IMG/VR virus record: IMGVR_UViG_3300037424_002430
Coordinates: 1 to 35,379 of that record
DNA length: 35,379 nt
DNA from: a virus
Taxonomy: Duplodnaviria; Caudoviricetes
Strand: one strand, 5' to 3'
A program made the position numbers and the translations under genes. Positions 1-9,008 of this stretch are shown here, one piece after another. A model generated the notes under the pieces. It did not search any database and had not been told where the DNA came from. It saw nothing but the letters and a program-made list of their open reading frames with translations. Positions within the stretch are counted from its first letter, which is position 1. Each line of letters starts with the position of its first letter.

Positions 1-362
1 GCGGCGTCCTCCTTCGCTTTCGCGAAGGCCTCCTGCATCGCCTCGGAGAAGGTCTCCCACTGCGCGAGGTGATCGCGCGTCCATATGCGCACGATGATCT
101 GGACATCGGCCGCGGTCGCACCTTCGTCGATGACCGCCTCCGCCTCATCGCCCAGGCCGCCGATGGTGTGGACCTTCCTCGTTCGCCCCGGCGAGATGAC
201 CGTGCATACGCCCGGCAGATGGATCCCGGCGAGGGTAACACGCTCCCACGGCCAGGCATCGGCGTACTGGATCGAGCCCAGCGTCACGCCCTCGGATCCC
301 GAACCCTCCTCGCCCTGCGCGGGCGGGTCGGGTTCCCAGAATGGCGTCCGAGCCTCGGCCAT
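1..362 (-). CDS. Tail tube initiator/baseplate hub-type protein downstream of tape measure (3' end runs off window)
   Basis: ATG at 362 overlaps tape-measure TGA (TGATG); open frame MAEARTPFWEPD...WERVTLAGIHLPGVCTV... to the window edge; position after TMP; not in ORF track. Confidence 0.6.
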   Translation of the reverse strand, partial: MAEARTPFWEPDPPAQGEEGSGSEGVTLGSIQYADAWPWERVTLAGIHLPGVCTVISPGRTRKVHTIGGLGDEAEAVIDEGATAADVQIIVRIWTRDHLAQWETFSEAMQEAFAKAKEDA

Positions 363-1930
363 CACGCTCCCGCGCTGATGGCGCCCGCGCTCAGCGCGAG
401 GCGCTCGAACATGGAGGCGAGGCGCTCCTCGACCTCGTCACCGACGGCCTTCGGGTCCTGAGCTCCGTTGATCTGGATCTGGATGGTGCCGGGCGCGAAG
501 TTGAACGAGCTCGGGCCCTTCTCCGGCGCCGACGGCCTTTGGAAGGGCTCGAGCGGTACGCCGATCCGACGGGCCCAGCCCTCGTACATCTTCAGCTCGT
601 CGCGCTCGAGCGGCCCGAGCTTGCCCTTCCCGTAGAGACGCCGCAGGTGCGCGATCACGTCGCCCCGCTCTCCGAGTTGGACCGCGCCGCTGCGCTCGAA
701 CGCGTGCATGCTCTCCTTCGCCGTCTCGATGGGCGAGGTCGTGACAGCGAGGACGCGGCCGACGAGATCGGCTCTCGCCGCCATCCGGCCAAGGGCGTCC
801 GCGAGTTCCCCGATCTTCGGGGCCAGCCGCTCGAGGCCGCGCAGGAGCGTGTTGATCCAGTTCTCGACGGCCTTCGGGTCCTCGAAGCGCTTGAAGACGC
901 CGCCTAGCATCCGGCCGAAGACCTCTTCGATGTTCTTCTTGATGCGTTGGCCCGCCGGCGTCGCCGGGTCGAGGACGCTGACCAAGTTCTCGAGCGCCTT
1001 CTTCATGCTCTTGAATCCGCCGGTCTCCCCGAGGTCCTCGAACATGCGGTACGGCCGCGACGCCAACGTCGACATGAGCCCAGTGAAGGTGCGCGAGGCC
1101 GGCCCCATGCCTCCGCCGAGCTGGCCGCCGCCGTACGTCTCGGCCGAGAACTGGAGGATGGCGTTGAGCATCTCGCCCGCGCCGATCTTCCCCTCCCACG
1201 CGGGTGACTGGAGGGCGGCGGCGGAGAGACCCTTCTTCTTCCCGAGGATCGCGTAGACCTTGCCGAGGTTCACGCCGGCCTCGGAGAGCGGGCGCAGGTC
1301 GTTGCCGAGCGCCCGGCCCTTCGAGAGCATCTGTGTGATCTGAAGGATCATGTGGCCCATCGTTTCCGACGGGGCCGCCGTCGAGGCCGCGATGTCGCCG
1401 AGCCCGGCGAGCACCTTCATGATGTTCGATCCGCCGGGCGTGCCGATGCCGCCGGTTCCGATACCGGGCACGAGCTGCCGGTACCACTGCAGCGTCTCCT
1501 GGGTCTCGAACGGCGAGACGTCCGCGAAGGAGACGGCCTCGCGATAAAGGGCGGACGCCGTGCCCTTGTCGCGCAGCATCATGTTGAGGCCGAGCATCGT
1601 GCTTTCTTTGAACGCTGCGGCCTTGACCCCCGCCGAGAGGAACCCGAAGGCGAGACCTCCGACTCCTCGCGCGAGCCCCGTGACGAGGCCGAGCGCGGTC
1701 CGCGCGGTGTAGATCCAGCCCGTGAGTTTGAGGCCGAGCCAGCCGACCCCATCGCCCCCGCGCTTCGAGCCCTGGCCGAGTTGCCGCAGCCCCCTATCCA
1801 GCCGCGTACTTTCGCCCCTCGCGCGCCGGGCCTTGCGGTCGATGTCGTCGAGGTGGGCGGCGATCCGCTTTGACGGACCGGCCATCCGGTCGAGGAGTTG
1901 GAAGATCCATGTCAGCCTCTTGCCCGCCAC
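362..1930 (-). CDS. Tail tape measure protein (522 aa)
   Basis: Gly/Ala-rich helical protein with tape-measure motifs (FADVSPFETQE, QITQMLSKGRALGNDLRPLSEAG, SRTFTGLMSTL); follows tail chaperones. Confidence 0.9.
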   Translation of the reverse strand: MAGKRLTWIFQLLDRMAGPSKRIAAHLDDIDRKARRARGESTRLDRGLRQLGQGSKRGGDGVGWLGLKLTGWIYTARTALGLVTGLARGVGGLAFGFLSAGVKAAAFKESTMLGLNMMLRDKGTASALYREAVSFADVSPFETQETLQWYRQLVPGIGTGGIGTPGGSNIMKVLAGLGDIAASTAAPSETMGHMILQITQMLSKGRALGNDLRPLSEAGVNLGKVYAILGKKKGLSAAALQSPAWEGKIGAGEMLNAILQFSAETYGGGQLGGGMGPASRTFTGLMSTLASRPYRMFEDLGETGGFKSMKKALENLVSVLDPATPAGQRIKKNIEEVFGRMLGGVFKRFEDPKAVENWINTLLRGLERLAPKIGELADALGRMAARADLVGRVLAVTTSPIETAKESMHAFERSGAVQLGERGDVIAHLRRLYGKGKLGPLERDELKMYEGWARRIGVPLEPFQRPSAPEKGPSSFNFAPGTIQIQINGAQDPKAVGDEVEERLASMFERLALSAGAISAGA

Positions 1931-1933
1931 CCG

Positions 1934-2424
1934 TCACCTCTTCCGCGGCGCGATCCAGACGAGCGACCCGGCGGCCACGATCAGCGCGCCGAGCTCGGCC
2001 TCCTCGGAGTCCTCCCGCAAGAACAGCGCGTGCACCGCCTCGCCAGCTAGGAGCAGGTTCGAACGCGCCCCCTCGAACCGCTCCATTAGTCGTTTTTTTG
2101 GACGTCCGCGCCGGCGCCGGCGAGAGCGAGCACCTGCTCGGCGAAGACCTCCGGGAGCGCGGCGCGCCGCTCGAACATCGCCTCGAGCGCGGCCACGTCC
2201 GGATGGAGCAGGCACGAGAGGACCAGGAGCTCGAGCGAGTCGGCGCGCTTCCGGTCGTCGGCGGCCGCGGCCTTGAACTGGCGCCACTGCGCCCGCGTCG
2301 GGGGCGCGACGACGATCATGTCGTCGTCGGCGGCGAGCACGACGGCGCGGGGGTTCTTCGCTCGGTGCTCTTCGAGGAGCTTGTCGCTCCTCACCTTCCG
2401 CTCCTTCGTGATCTTCGAGTCCAT
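1934..2424 (-). CDS. Tail assembly chaperone GT form via programmed -1 frameshift at A AAA AAC (2098-2092)
   Basis: A7 run in a GC-rich genome; -1 frame continues KRLMERFEGARSNLLLAGE...IAPRKR to TGA at 1934, just before the TMP start; canonical lambda G/GT arrangement. Confidence 0.75.
2086..2424 (-). CDS. Tail assembly chaperone (G form, 112 aa)
   Basis: Between tube and TMP; AGGAG RBS; ends CAA AAA AAC GAC TAA containing a slippery heptamer. Confidence 0.8.
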   Translation of the reverse strand: MDSKITKERKVRSDKLLEEHRAKNPRAVVLAADDDMIVVAPPTRAQWRQFKAAAADDRKRADSLELLVLSCLLHPDVAALEAMFERRAALPEVFAEQVLALAGAGADVQKND

Positions 2425-2443
2425 GAGCGGTCTCCTGGGCTGG

Positions 2444-2926
2444 CTACCTGACGAGGACGTCAGGCCCGAACGGCATCTTTCCGTTCAGGACGAGGTAGTG
2501 GATGTAGAGCGGCAGACGGACGATCAGCCCCTCCGGCCCGCGCCCGTACTCCTGGGCCGTTCCGTTGAGCTTGCAGCCGTTCATGTGGTCGACGATGAGG
2601 GGTGAGCTCGGCGAGAGCAGCTCTGAGTACTCGGCGGTGAGCTCGAACGAGGCCTCGAGGTACCCGAGCGCCCCGCTCTGCGTGATGTCGGCGAGGAAGA
2701 GATCGAACTCCTCCTTGGGCATCTCGAGCGAGCCCTCCGCCTTGTAGTCGCCGCGCGTGTGCCCGAGGGGAATCGGCGAGCCCGCCCGGACCTCGCCGCG
2801 CTCGACGTTGTCCGAGTAGTGCACGCCCGTGAACGTGCGGCCGAGCCTCGGAAGCCCGTTCACGTGGAGGAGGAGCGAAGAGAATCCGTAGCGCTTGCCG
2901 TTGATGATGGGTGCCTGGAGGGCCAT
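2444..2926 (-). CDS. Tail tube protein (160 aa)
   Basis: MALQAPIINGKRYGFSS...HTRGDYKAEGSLEMPKEEF; AGGAG RBS; directly after sheath; start corrected from the longer ORF-track call. Confidence 0.85.
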   Translation of the reverse strand: MALQAPIINGKRYGFSSLLLHVNGLPRLGRTFTGVHYSDNVERGEVRAGSPIPLGHTRGDYKAEGSLEMPKEEFDLFLADITQSGALGYLEASFELTAEYSELLSPSSPLIVDHMNGCKLNGTAQEYGRGPEGLIVRLPLYIHYLVLNGKMPFGPDVLVR

Positions 2927-2934
2927 GGCGTCTC

Positions 2935-4362
2935 CTACGCGGCCGCCGCGAGGGCGGGCGACGTGAAGCCGAGCTCGACCTCGATGCTCGAGGCGTAGCC
3001 GTACGGGGTGATCCGGACACGCACCTGCAGCAACCCGGACGAGAGGACGTTGACCGTGCGGTCGACCTCGACGGCGATGTCGGTGGCATCGCCTCGCTGC
3101 GTCAGCTCGGCGCGAAGGCCTGCCTCGATGTACGCCTCGATCGCCTTCGCCGAGCCCTCCTGAATGGTCCCGCTCGCGGTCGTCGGGACCTTCGCGTTGA
3201 GGAACCGCAGCGCGCGATCGCGCGCCACGGCGCAGGCGATGTCCATGACGCGGCAGTTCGTCATGAACGCGTAGTCGGAGCCGGCGGGCGCCATCACGAG
3301 GCCGCGCGTGAGGTAGTAGCCCTGGCGACCGACATGCGTACGCATCGTCGTGAAGCGGGCGTCGTGGAGCGCCGGCGTCGACCGCTCGTCCCGCACTAGC
3401 GATACGACACCCGGGACGGGGCCATCCTCGACGGCGCCGACGTCCTGGGACGGGGGCACCGCCGAGAGGCGCGCCGCGGCGTCCCAGGCGACGTTCCGCT
3501 TGTACGAGCGGCCGGAGATGAGGCTGGTCACGACCTCGAAGCCGCCACCGACGGCAACGCGCACGTCGGCGAGGTCGCCGAAGCCGGTCGTGTTCGCGAT
3601 GAGGTTCGCATCCGTGTCCTGTGGCGCCTCCATGAGCGCGCGCGCGTAGCGGAAGCCCGTCGCCGCCGTCGCCATGTGGGTGGCGAGGGCAGCGAAGAGC
3701 GCTCGCGCGCCGGCGAGGTCCGAGGGCACGCCCACGACATGCGCCAGGAACCAGGTCCGGGCGTCGGCGAGCAGCGCCGTGACCGTGGTGGCGAGGTCGC
3801 TCGTCGAGTATCCCGGCGCGGTAGCCGTCGCCGTCCACTTGTCCCCGATGACGAAGGCGGTCCCGCTCACGTACGTCCATGTGAGTGTGACGTTCGAGTC
3901 CGGGATCGCGTAGATGCCGGAGGTGGGGACCGCGAGTTCCGCCGAGTAGGTCCGGCCACCGTCGAGCGAGTACTTGAACGTGGCCGTTCCGGCGGCGAGG
4001 GTGGCACCACCCTTCACGATGACGATCTCGATCTCGTAGGCGTCGTAGGCGGCGCCGGCGATGGCGAGCGTCGCCGTGCCCGTGCCGGTCTTCGCGACGG
4101 AGCCGACCGCGCCGGCGACGGAGCCGTTCACCCGCATGCAGAGCACGGGGCCGCCGGCCTTGGCCAGCACGACCGCCGCGGCCTCGACGAGCGGGCCCTG
4201 GCCGAAGGTCGACTTCAAGGTCGAGATGTCGGAGATCGATGTGAGCGTGTTCGCGGTGCCGATCGAGCTCGTGCCGATCTTGACCTGGGTGCGCGTGGAC
4301 GACGGCCCCGAGAGACCGAGCTGCCCGTCGAGCGTGATCGTTCTGACTTCCGGGATGCCCAT
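2935..4362 (-). CDS. Tail sheath protein (DUF2586-like)
   Basis: 475 aa; N-term 'TLDGQLG...KIGTSSIG...FGQGPLV', C-term 'LHDARFTTMRTHVGRQGYY...SDY...RVMD...VRITPYGYASSIEVELGF' typical of this sheath family. Confidence 0.9.
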   Translation of the reverse strand: MGIPEVRTITLDGQLGLSGPSSTRTQVKIGTSSIGTANTLTSISDISTLKSTFGQGPLVEAAAVVLAKAGGPVLCMRVNGSVAGAVGSVAKTGTGTATLAIAGAAYDAYEIEIVIVKGGATLAAGTATFKYSLDGGRTYSAELAVPTSGIYAIPDSNVTLTWTYVSGTAFVIGDKWTATATAPGYSTSDLATTVTALLADARTWFLAHVVGVPSDLAGARALFAALATHMATAATGFRYARALMEAPQDTDANLIANTTGFGDLADVRVAVGGGFEVVTSLISGRSYKRNVAWDAAARLSAVPPSQDVGAVEDGPVPGVVSLVRDERSTPALHDARFTTMRTHVGRQGYYLTRGLVMAPAGSDYAFMTNCRVMDIACAVARDRALRFLNAKVPTTASGTIQEGSAKAIEAYIEAGLRAELTQRGDATDIAVEVDRTVNVLSSGLLQVRVRITPYGYASSIEVELGFTSPALAAAA

Positions 4363-4366
4363 GGGT

Positions 4367-4579
4367 TCACCTCGGGAAGAAGTAGCCGATGCGGACCGCG
4401 CCCGCGGCCTCGAGCGCTTCGTCGAACTCCGCCTCCGTCACCTCGCGGCCGATCGCCCAGCCCCGCATCGCCCGCGCGGCCGCGGAGCGCCAGGCCTCCG
4501 GGCGTTTCGCCTCGACCCAAGCCTCGAACGCGCGGCGCTCCGGTGGCCGGCGCTCCGGGGTGGCAACGGGATCACGCAT
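4367..4579 (-). CDS. Small conserved-type protein preceding sheath (70 aa)
   Basis: 'GWAIGREVTEAEFDEALEAA' pattern, position immediately before the DUF2586-type sheath, overlap with upstream stop. Confidence 0.65.
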   Translation of the reverse strand: MRDPVATPERRPPERRAFEAWVEAKRPEAWRSAAARAMRGWAIGREVTEAEFDEALEAAGAVRIGYFFPR

Positions 4580-5036
4580 GCGGCACCTCGAAGGCGATGT
4601 CGGTGGACTGCGTCTGGGTCACGGTCGCCGAGACCGCGGTGGAGGCGACCACCGGCACGAAGAACGTCACCTGCAGTTCGTAGGCGCGCCCGTGGGTGAT
4701 GAGGGCCTCCGCGCGTTGCACCGTCCACCGGCCACCCTTCAGCTGGTGCGAGTGCCCCGTGACCTTCCGCAGGGCCGTGACGAGCTGTGCGATCAGCTCC
4801 TCCACATCGTCGCGGCTCTTGCCCCAGATCGAGAAGGTGACGTTCGAGTCCCGCTGCGCGAGCGAGGGCTGGTCCTGGACCTCGTACTCCTCGGGCTCGC
4901 CGAACCGCTCGTCCATTGGTACCGCGACGATCGAGGGCGGAGCCTGGCCAGCGAGGTGCTCGGGGCCATCCTTGAAGATGGTCCCGCTGAACTCAGCCTC
5001 AAGGGCGCGGAGGATCTCGGAGAGAGGCGCGCTCAT
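4572..5036 (-). CDS. Putative tail terminator / neck protein (154 aa)
   Basis: ATGA overlap with upstream gene; size and position between virion morphogenesis gene and sheath. Confidence 0.65.
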   Translation of the reverse strand: MSAPLSEILRALEAEFSGTIFKDGPEHLAGQAPPSIVAVPMDERFGEPEEYEVQDQPSLAQRDSNVTFSIWGKSRDDVEELIAQLVTALRKVTGHSHQLKGGRWTVQRAEALITHGRAYELQVTFFVPVVASTAVSATVTQTQSTDIAFEVPHA

Positions 5037-5557
5037 GGTGTAATGCCCCCCAACGCCAGCGCCTCGATGGCCGCGCGCGTCATGCCCTCCGTCCACCGCG
5101 GGCCTGGGTCACCCTCAGGCATGTACTGCCGCCGCGGGATCGTCACCTTCCGCGCGAAGACCCGCGAGCGCTTCCCGCGAGGCGAGCGCCCCGTCGGCGC
5201 ACCGCGCACCGTGAACGCGAGCACCTGCACGTTGCGCGGCCGGATGGTGGCGCCGTACTGGTGCACGGCGGCGCCGATGAACGGCGTCGAGACCTCGAAC
5301 CCAACCGCAGTGACCTTGGCGTGCAGCGAGCCGCGGAGATGCGCGCCCGTGTCGAGCAGCGGCTTCCCCATCCGCGAGGCAAGCGGTTCCCAGGGGTGGC
5401 CGTACGGATCGGTGCTTGTTTGGAACTCGTCCTCGAGAATCTTCATTGCCTCCTGCGCGCATGCCTTCGAGGCAAGGCGATGTTGCTCGCCGCGCCCGAT
5501 CGCCTGCATCTTGCGGCGGAGCTCCTCGAGGCCGCTGAAGTCGCCGGTGAGGCCCAC
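5033..5557 (-). CDS. Virion morphogenesis / tail completion protein (Mu gpG, P2 gpS-like)
   Basis: 'FQTSTDPYGHPWEPL...KPLLDTGAHLRGSL...AAVHQYGATI...VTIPRRQYMP'; GTG start with GAGGGG RBS. Confidence 0.85.
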   Translation of the reverse strand: MGLTGDFSGLEELRRKMQAIGRGEQHRLASKACAQEAMKILEDEFQTSTDPYGHPWEPLASRMGKPLLDTGAHLRGSLHAKVTAVGFEVSTPFIGAAVHQYGATIRPRNVQVLAFTVRGAPTGRSPRGKRSRVFARKVTIPRRQYMPEGDPGPRWTEGMTRAAIEALALGGITP

Positions 5558-5559
5558 GG

Positions 5560-5997
5560 CTACAGCCCCCTCGGCGTCGGCGCCACTACCGTGGCGTTGC
5601 CGTCGTCGTCGAGCGCAGGCACGACCACGTAGTCGCCGTCGTAGCCGACGCCGCCGCTGCTCGAAGCCGGGATCCACTCAGGCGTGGCGGTTCCGTTCGC
5701 GATGTCGCGGAGCCAGGAGATGGACTCGTTGCGGCTCTTCGAGAGGTCCTGCTCCGTCTCCGGGTCGAGTCCTCGGTTACCGAGCAGCTCGAACGCGGCG
5801 ATCTTACAGACCGCCTGGATGAGGTCCGTCCCGTAGGGCGCGGTCAGCGGCAGCGCGACGCGGCTGCGCAGGTACCCGTCGGCGACGCGGCTCGCGGCTT
5901 CGAGTTGCTGCTGGCGCACGGATGCGTCGAGCGCGGCGAGGGCCGTACCGGCCCTCCCGAACATCGACAGCTCCGCAAGCGTCGCATACGAGGCCAC
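5560..5997 (-). CDS. Head-tail connector (Mu gp36 / DUF1320-like)
   Basis: 'YATLAEL...LEAASRVADGYLRSR..LPL...CKIAAFEL...ISWLRDIANG'. Confidence 0.85.
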   Translation of the reverse strand: MASYATLAELSMFGRAGTALAALDASVRQQQLEAASRVADGYLRSRVALPLTAPYGTDLIQAVCKIAAFELLGNRGLDPETEQDLSKSRNESISWLRDIANGTATPEWIPASSSGGVGYDGDYVVVPALDDDGNATVVAPTPRGL

Positions 5998-6009
5998 GCG
6001 CCCCCCGGG

Positions 6010-6225
6010 CTACTTCTTGTCGCCAGGCTTCCCGCCCTGCGGGTCAGCCGGCTTCTCGGGCGGCACCGGGCCAACGAGCAGCTGGGCGTCGGCCTTCAGC
6101 GCGGCGAGCTGGTGCTCGTCCACCTCGACGATGTTGTCGCCGGGCGCGAGCGCGAGCCCCGCGCGCCGGTAGAACGGGTACGGGTGGGTCTTCGGGACCT
6201 TCACGAGCACCTTCTGGCTGGCCAT
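6010..6225 (-). CDS. Mu gp35 / HI1506-like small head-associated protein
   Basis: 'FYRRAGLA...QLAALKADAQLLV' motif immediately after a Mu-like MCP; GAGG RBS. Confidence 0.75.
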   Translation of the reverse strand: MASQKVLVKVPKTHPYPFYRRAGLALAPGDNIVEVDEHQLAALKADAQLLVGPVPPEKPADPQGGKPGDKK

Positions 6226-6307
6226 GTCATCCTCTCTGGTTCGTCAGGGCGAGGGGCGCGCTCCGATGCGGGCGAGCGAGCGAGCGCCCTCCAGGTCACG
6301 CCGACGG

Positions 6308-7231
6308 CTACGTCGGCTCGCAGCGGCAGATGAGGAACGGCAGGCCGTAGCCCGCGTTCCCGCGCATCCGGCCGCCGAAGAGGAACTCGTCGAGCTTGAA
6401 GACGTTGTCGTCGTTCGGGTCGAACTTCGCCGTCCACTCGACCGCCGTCCGCTCCTGCCAGACGAACGGCCGGACCGGGAGCGTGTCGTCGAGCAGGTAC
6501 CAGACGCCGGCCTCGTCGAGCTCGGGGATGACGACGACGCGGGCGGTCCCGGCGTTCACGTTCGTGGCGCCGCTCGGGTCCTTCTCGGCGACGACGAGGC
6601 GCCGCGCCGGCCCCTCGAGGTCGGTGCCGCAGACGATGACCGTGGGGTTCACCCCCGCGGGGCGGTTCGAGCGGCCGAGCTTGATGCCCTTCATCGAGGC
6701 CCGCACGAACTCGAAGTTGGCCTGGTTCGTGGCCCAGGTCGCGGTGCCGATGGGCCTCGCGGTCAAGAGGTTCGACCAGGTGCCGAGCGCCGGCGTCTCG
6801 ATGTGGACCGGGTGGTCCGTGTCGAAGAAGTACTGCCCGTCGAAGCAGGTGGCGGTCTCCCCTCCCTTGATCAGGGCGACGATGAGGTCGTCGGGGAGCT
6901 TGCGCGCCTGGACGCCGAGCAGCTCGGCCTGGTTGCCGTAGAGGCCGTACTGGTCGTCCTCGACCTTCTCGCGGGGGATGCCGAGCGTGCCCTCGAACTT
7001 CTTGTTCACGATCTGCGCGCCGCGGGCCTGCAGGTCGTGGACGACGCGTTCGCCGGCCCACTCTCGGAACCGGGGCACGTCCTCGGTCCAGGCGTAGGAC
7101 TCGATCGACGTCTTCGAGGGGACGGGCATGGCCAGGATCGGCCAGATGGGCGTCGGGCGCCGGAAGCCGGCCTGGAACCGCGCGTTGATGCTGTCGCGGA
7201 GGGCGGTGAGGTTGGTCGGATCGAGGATCAT
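6308..7231 (-). CDS. Major capsid protein (Mu gpT-like)
   Basis: 'ESYAW...PRFREWAGER...NKKFEGTLGIPREKVEDDQYGLY...CFDGQYFFDTDHPV...WYLLD...PFVWQER...DDNVFKLDEFLFG...RGNAGYG'. Confidence 0.95.
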   Translation of the reverse strand: MILDPTNLTALRDSINARFQAGFRRPTPIWPILAMPVPSKTSIESYAWTEDVPRFREWAGERVVHDLQARGAQIVNKKFEGTLGIPREKVEDDQYGLYGNQAELLGVQARKLPDDLIVALIKGGETATCFDGQYFFDTDHPVHIETPALGTWSNLLTARPIGTATWATNQANFEFVRASMKGIKLGRSNRPAGVNPTVIVCGTDLEGPARRLVVAEKDPSGATNVNAGTARVVVIPELDEAGVWYLLDDTLPVRPFVWQERTAVEWTAKFDPNDDNVFKLDEFLFGGRMRGNAGYGLPFLICRCEPT

Positions 7232-7259
7232 GATCGGTTCTCCTGAGCGCCGGCCGGCG

Positions 7260-7676
7260 CTAGTAGGTCTCCACCCAGACGCCGTCGGACTCGATCTCGA
7301 TGACGCGGCCGGCGCGCGAGCGCGTGCCCGTGGCGCTCGTGGCGCGCACGGTCTGGTCGTCGTCCGCGTAGCAGTCGAGCAGGACGCGCGCCTGCGTGAT
7401 TGCGTCGGCGCCGAGATTGGCGAACTTGTAGGTCCCGCGGCGCACCCGAATGAAGGTGGCGCCGGTGGCGCCGGAGGTCTTCGTCTCCTGGGCGACGCCC
7501 GCCACTTGCTCGCCGGTGACGCCGGTCGCGGGCTTCGCGAGCCCGGACGTGTTCAGCACGACGAGGGCGCCCTGGTAGATGGTCGTGGAAGCGGCCATCT
7601 GCAGGTTCAGGTCCTGCGAGAGCGCTCCCTGCGAGGCGCGGGAGGAGTTCGGGCGGGCGGCGGTGAGGGCGGCCAT
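7260..7676 (-). CDS. Capsid cement/decoration protein
   Basis: 138 aa between protease and MCP; 'AASTTIYQGALV...VRRGTYKFAN...CYADDDQTV...RSRAGRVIEIESDGVWVE'; AAAGGA RBS. Confidence 0.8.
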   Translation of the reverse strand: MAALTAARPNSSRASQGALSQDLNLQMAASTTIYQGALVVLNTSGLAKPATGVTGEQVAGVAQETKTSGATGATFIRVRRGTYKFANLGADAITQARVLLDCYADDDQTVRATSATGTRSRAGRVIEIESDGVWVETY

Positions 7677-7703
7677 GGCGGTCCTTTCGACGTCGGCGCG
7701 GCG

Positions 7704-8231
7704 CTACTTCGTCGCCGGCGCGGTGGGGTTCGGGTTCTCGCGGTACTTCGCGAGCGCGTCGGGGGTGACGCCGCACTGGGCGGCGATGTCGGCGACGGGG
7801 CCGGCGACCGCGGTCGCGCCGGCCGAGGGCCTCTCGTCGACCCGCGCGGTCGGGGCGACCTTCGGCGCGACCTCGAGGTACGCGGTGAGCGCCTCGATGG
7901 ACTGGGTCTTCGCCCAGGCCTCCATCGCCGGGGCGAGCTTGCCGTCCGTCTTGCCCTTGGCGATGAGCTGCTCGAGCTTGTCGCCGGCGAGCTTCTTCTC
8001 GAGGTCGGTGACCTTGGCGGACAGGGCCGGGATCTGCTCGGCGCCGGCCTTCCACGCGGCGACGATGCCTTTGGCCTCGTCGACGGACGTCTTGCCGGTG
8101 AGCGCGACGAGGGCGACGAGCTGCTCGCCGGCGAGGCGCGCCGACTCGAGGCGCTTCGTGATCGCGGCCTGGACCTCGACCTCCGTGGCGGTGTCGGCGA
8201 GTCCGAGGGCGGCGCAGAGGAACTTCAGCAT
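7704..8231 (-). CDS. Nested in-frame scaffolding protein (175 aa)
   Basis: Internal ATG (MLKFLCAALGLADTATE...) with AGGAG 6 nt upstream, after a Pro-rich linker; coiled coil with 'GKLAPAMEAWA' as in Mu-like scaffolds. Confidence 0.7.
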   Translation of the reverse strand: MLKFLCAALGLADTATEVEVQAAITKRLESARLAGEQLVALVALTGKTSVDEAKGIVAAWKAGAEQIPALSAKVTDLEKKLAGDKLEQLIAKGKTDGKLAPAMEAWAKTQSIEALTAYLEVAPKVAPTARVDERPSAGATAVAGPVADIAAQCGVTPDALAKYRENPNPTAPATK

Positions 8232-8945
8232 GACGGGCTCCTGGCTGGTGGGCGCCGGCTTCACCGGCGGGGGAACGACGCTCGCGAGGGCGACGGCGCG
8301 GAGCGCCGCCGGCGTGTTCGCGAAGAGGGAGAGGAACTGCGCCGCGGCCGGCGTGAACGCGGTCGCGTGGGCGTCCTGCTGCTCGGCGATCTCGTCCGTG
8401 AACCCGCGCTCCTTCGCTTCCCGCGCGGTCATCCACGTCTCGGCCGCCATCCAGGCGCGGACGTCCTCGGGCTTCTGCTTCGTGCGGTCGCAGTACGTGC
8501 CGCACATGCCGTCGCACAGCTTGTCGACGGCGGCCGCGGTCTTGCGGTGGTCGTCGGCAGTGCCGCGCTCGACCCGGTCCACCCGCGGCTCATGGATCAT
8601 CCAGAGCGCGGACTTGCCGGTGACGATGCGGTCCCCGGCGCAGGCGACGATCGACGCCATCGAAGCGGCGAGGCCGTCGACGTAGACCGTCTTCGGCGCC
8701 GGGAAGACCTTCAGGAGGTTGTAGATCGCGAGCGCTTCCCAGACCGAGCCGCCCGGACTGTTGATCCGGACGTCGAGGCGGGAGCAGCCCTCGACCGACT
8801 TCAGGGCCTGGACGACGTCCGCGGCGGACACGCCCTCGCCGAAGAAGGTCTTCCCGAGGATGTCGTAGATGTGGATCTCGCCGACCTGGCCGCCGGCGGA
8901 GGCGACCATCTGCGCGAACAAGGACGCGGGTCCGAACCGCTTCAC
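7704..8945 (-). CDS. ClpP-type (S14) prohead protease fused to scaffold domain
   Basis: 'RINSPGGSVWEALAIYN...VDGLAASMAS...MIHEP...MAAETWMTAREAKERGFTD'; start placed at GTG 8945 because the ORF-track GTG at 8960 lies inside a repeated promoter-like element. Confidence 0.9.
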   Translation of the reverse strand: MKRFGPASLFAQMVASAGGQVGEIHIYDILGKTFFGEGVSAADVVQALKSVEGCSRLDVRINSPGGSVWEALAIYNLLKVFPAPKTVYVDGLAASMASIVACAGDRIVTGKSALWMIHEPRVDRVERGTADDHRKTAAAVDKLCDGMCGTYCDRTKQKPEDVRAWMAAETWMTAREAKERGFTDEIAEQQDAHATAFTPAAAQFLSLFANTPAALRAVALASVVPPPVKPAPTSQEPVMLKFLCAALGLADTATEVEVQAAITKRLESARLAGEQLVALVALTGKTSVDEAKGIVAAWKAGAEQIPALSAKVTDLEKKLAGDKLEQLIAKGKTDGKLAPAMEAWAKTQSIEALTAYLEVAPKVAPTARVDERPSAGATAVAGPVADIAAQCGVTPDALAKYRENPNPTAPATK

Positions 8946-8947
8946 GC

Positions 8948-8980
8948 CCGCCGTTGGCACGGGAGATCGGGTGGCGTCAA
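8948..8980 (-). promoter_or_regulatory. Repeated late-promoter-like element, copy A (TTGACG-N15-TGCCAACGGCGG)
   Basis: 15-bp core identical at 8948-8962, 9736-9750 and 15894-15908; same spacing to a -35-like hexamer in all three. Confidence 0.6.
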
Positions 8981-9008
8981 GCGGGCGGCCGCAGCGCGCG
9001 GGCGGGTT

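Noticed and set aside
1-5557. Tail genes as tailocin/eCIS or gene transfer agent
   Set aside because: Complete head, packaging, replication and immunity modules are contiguous, indicating a true phage
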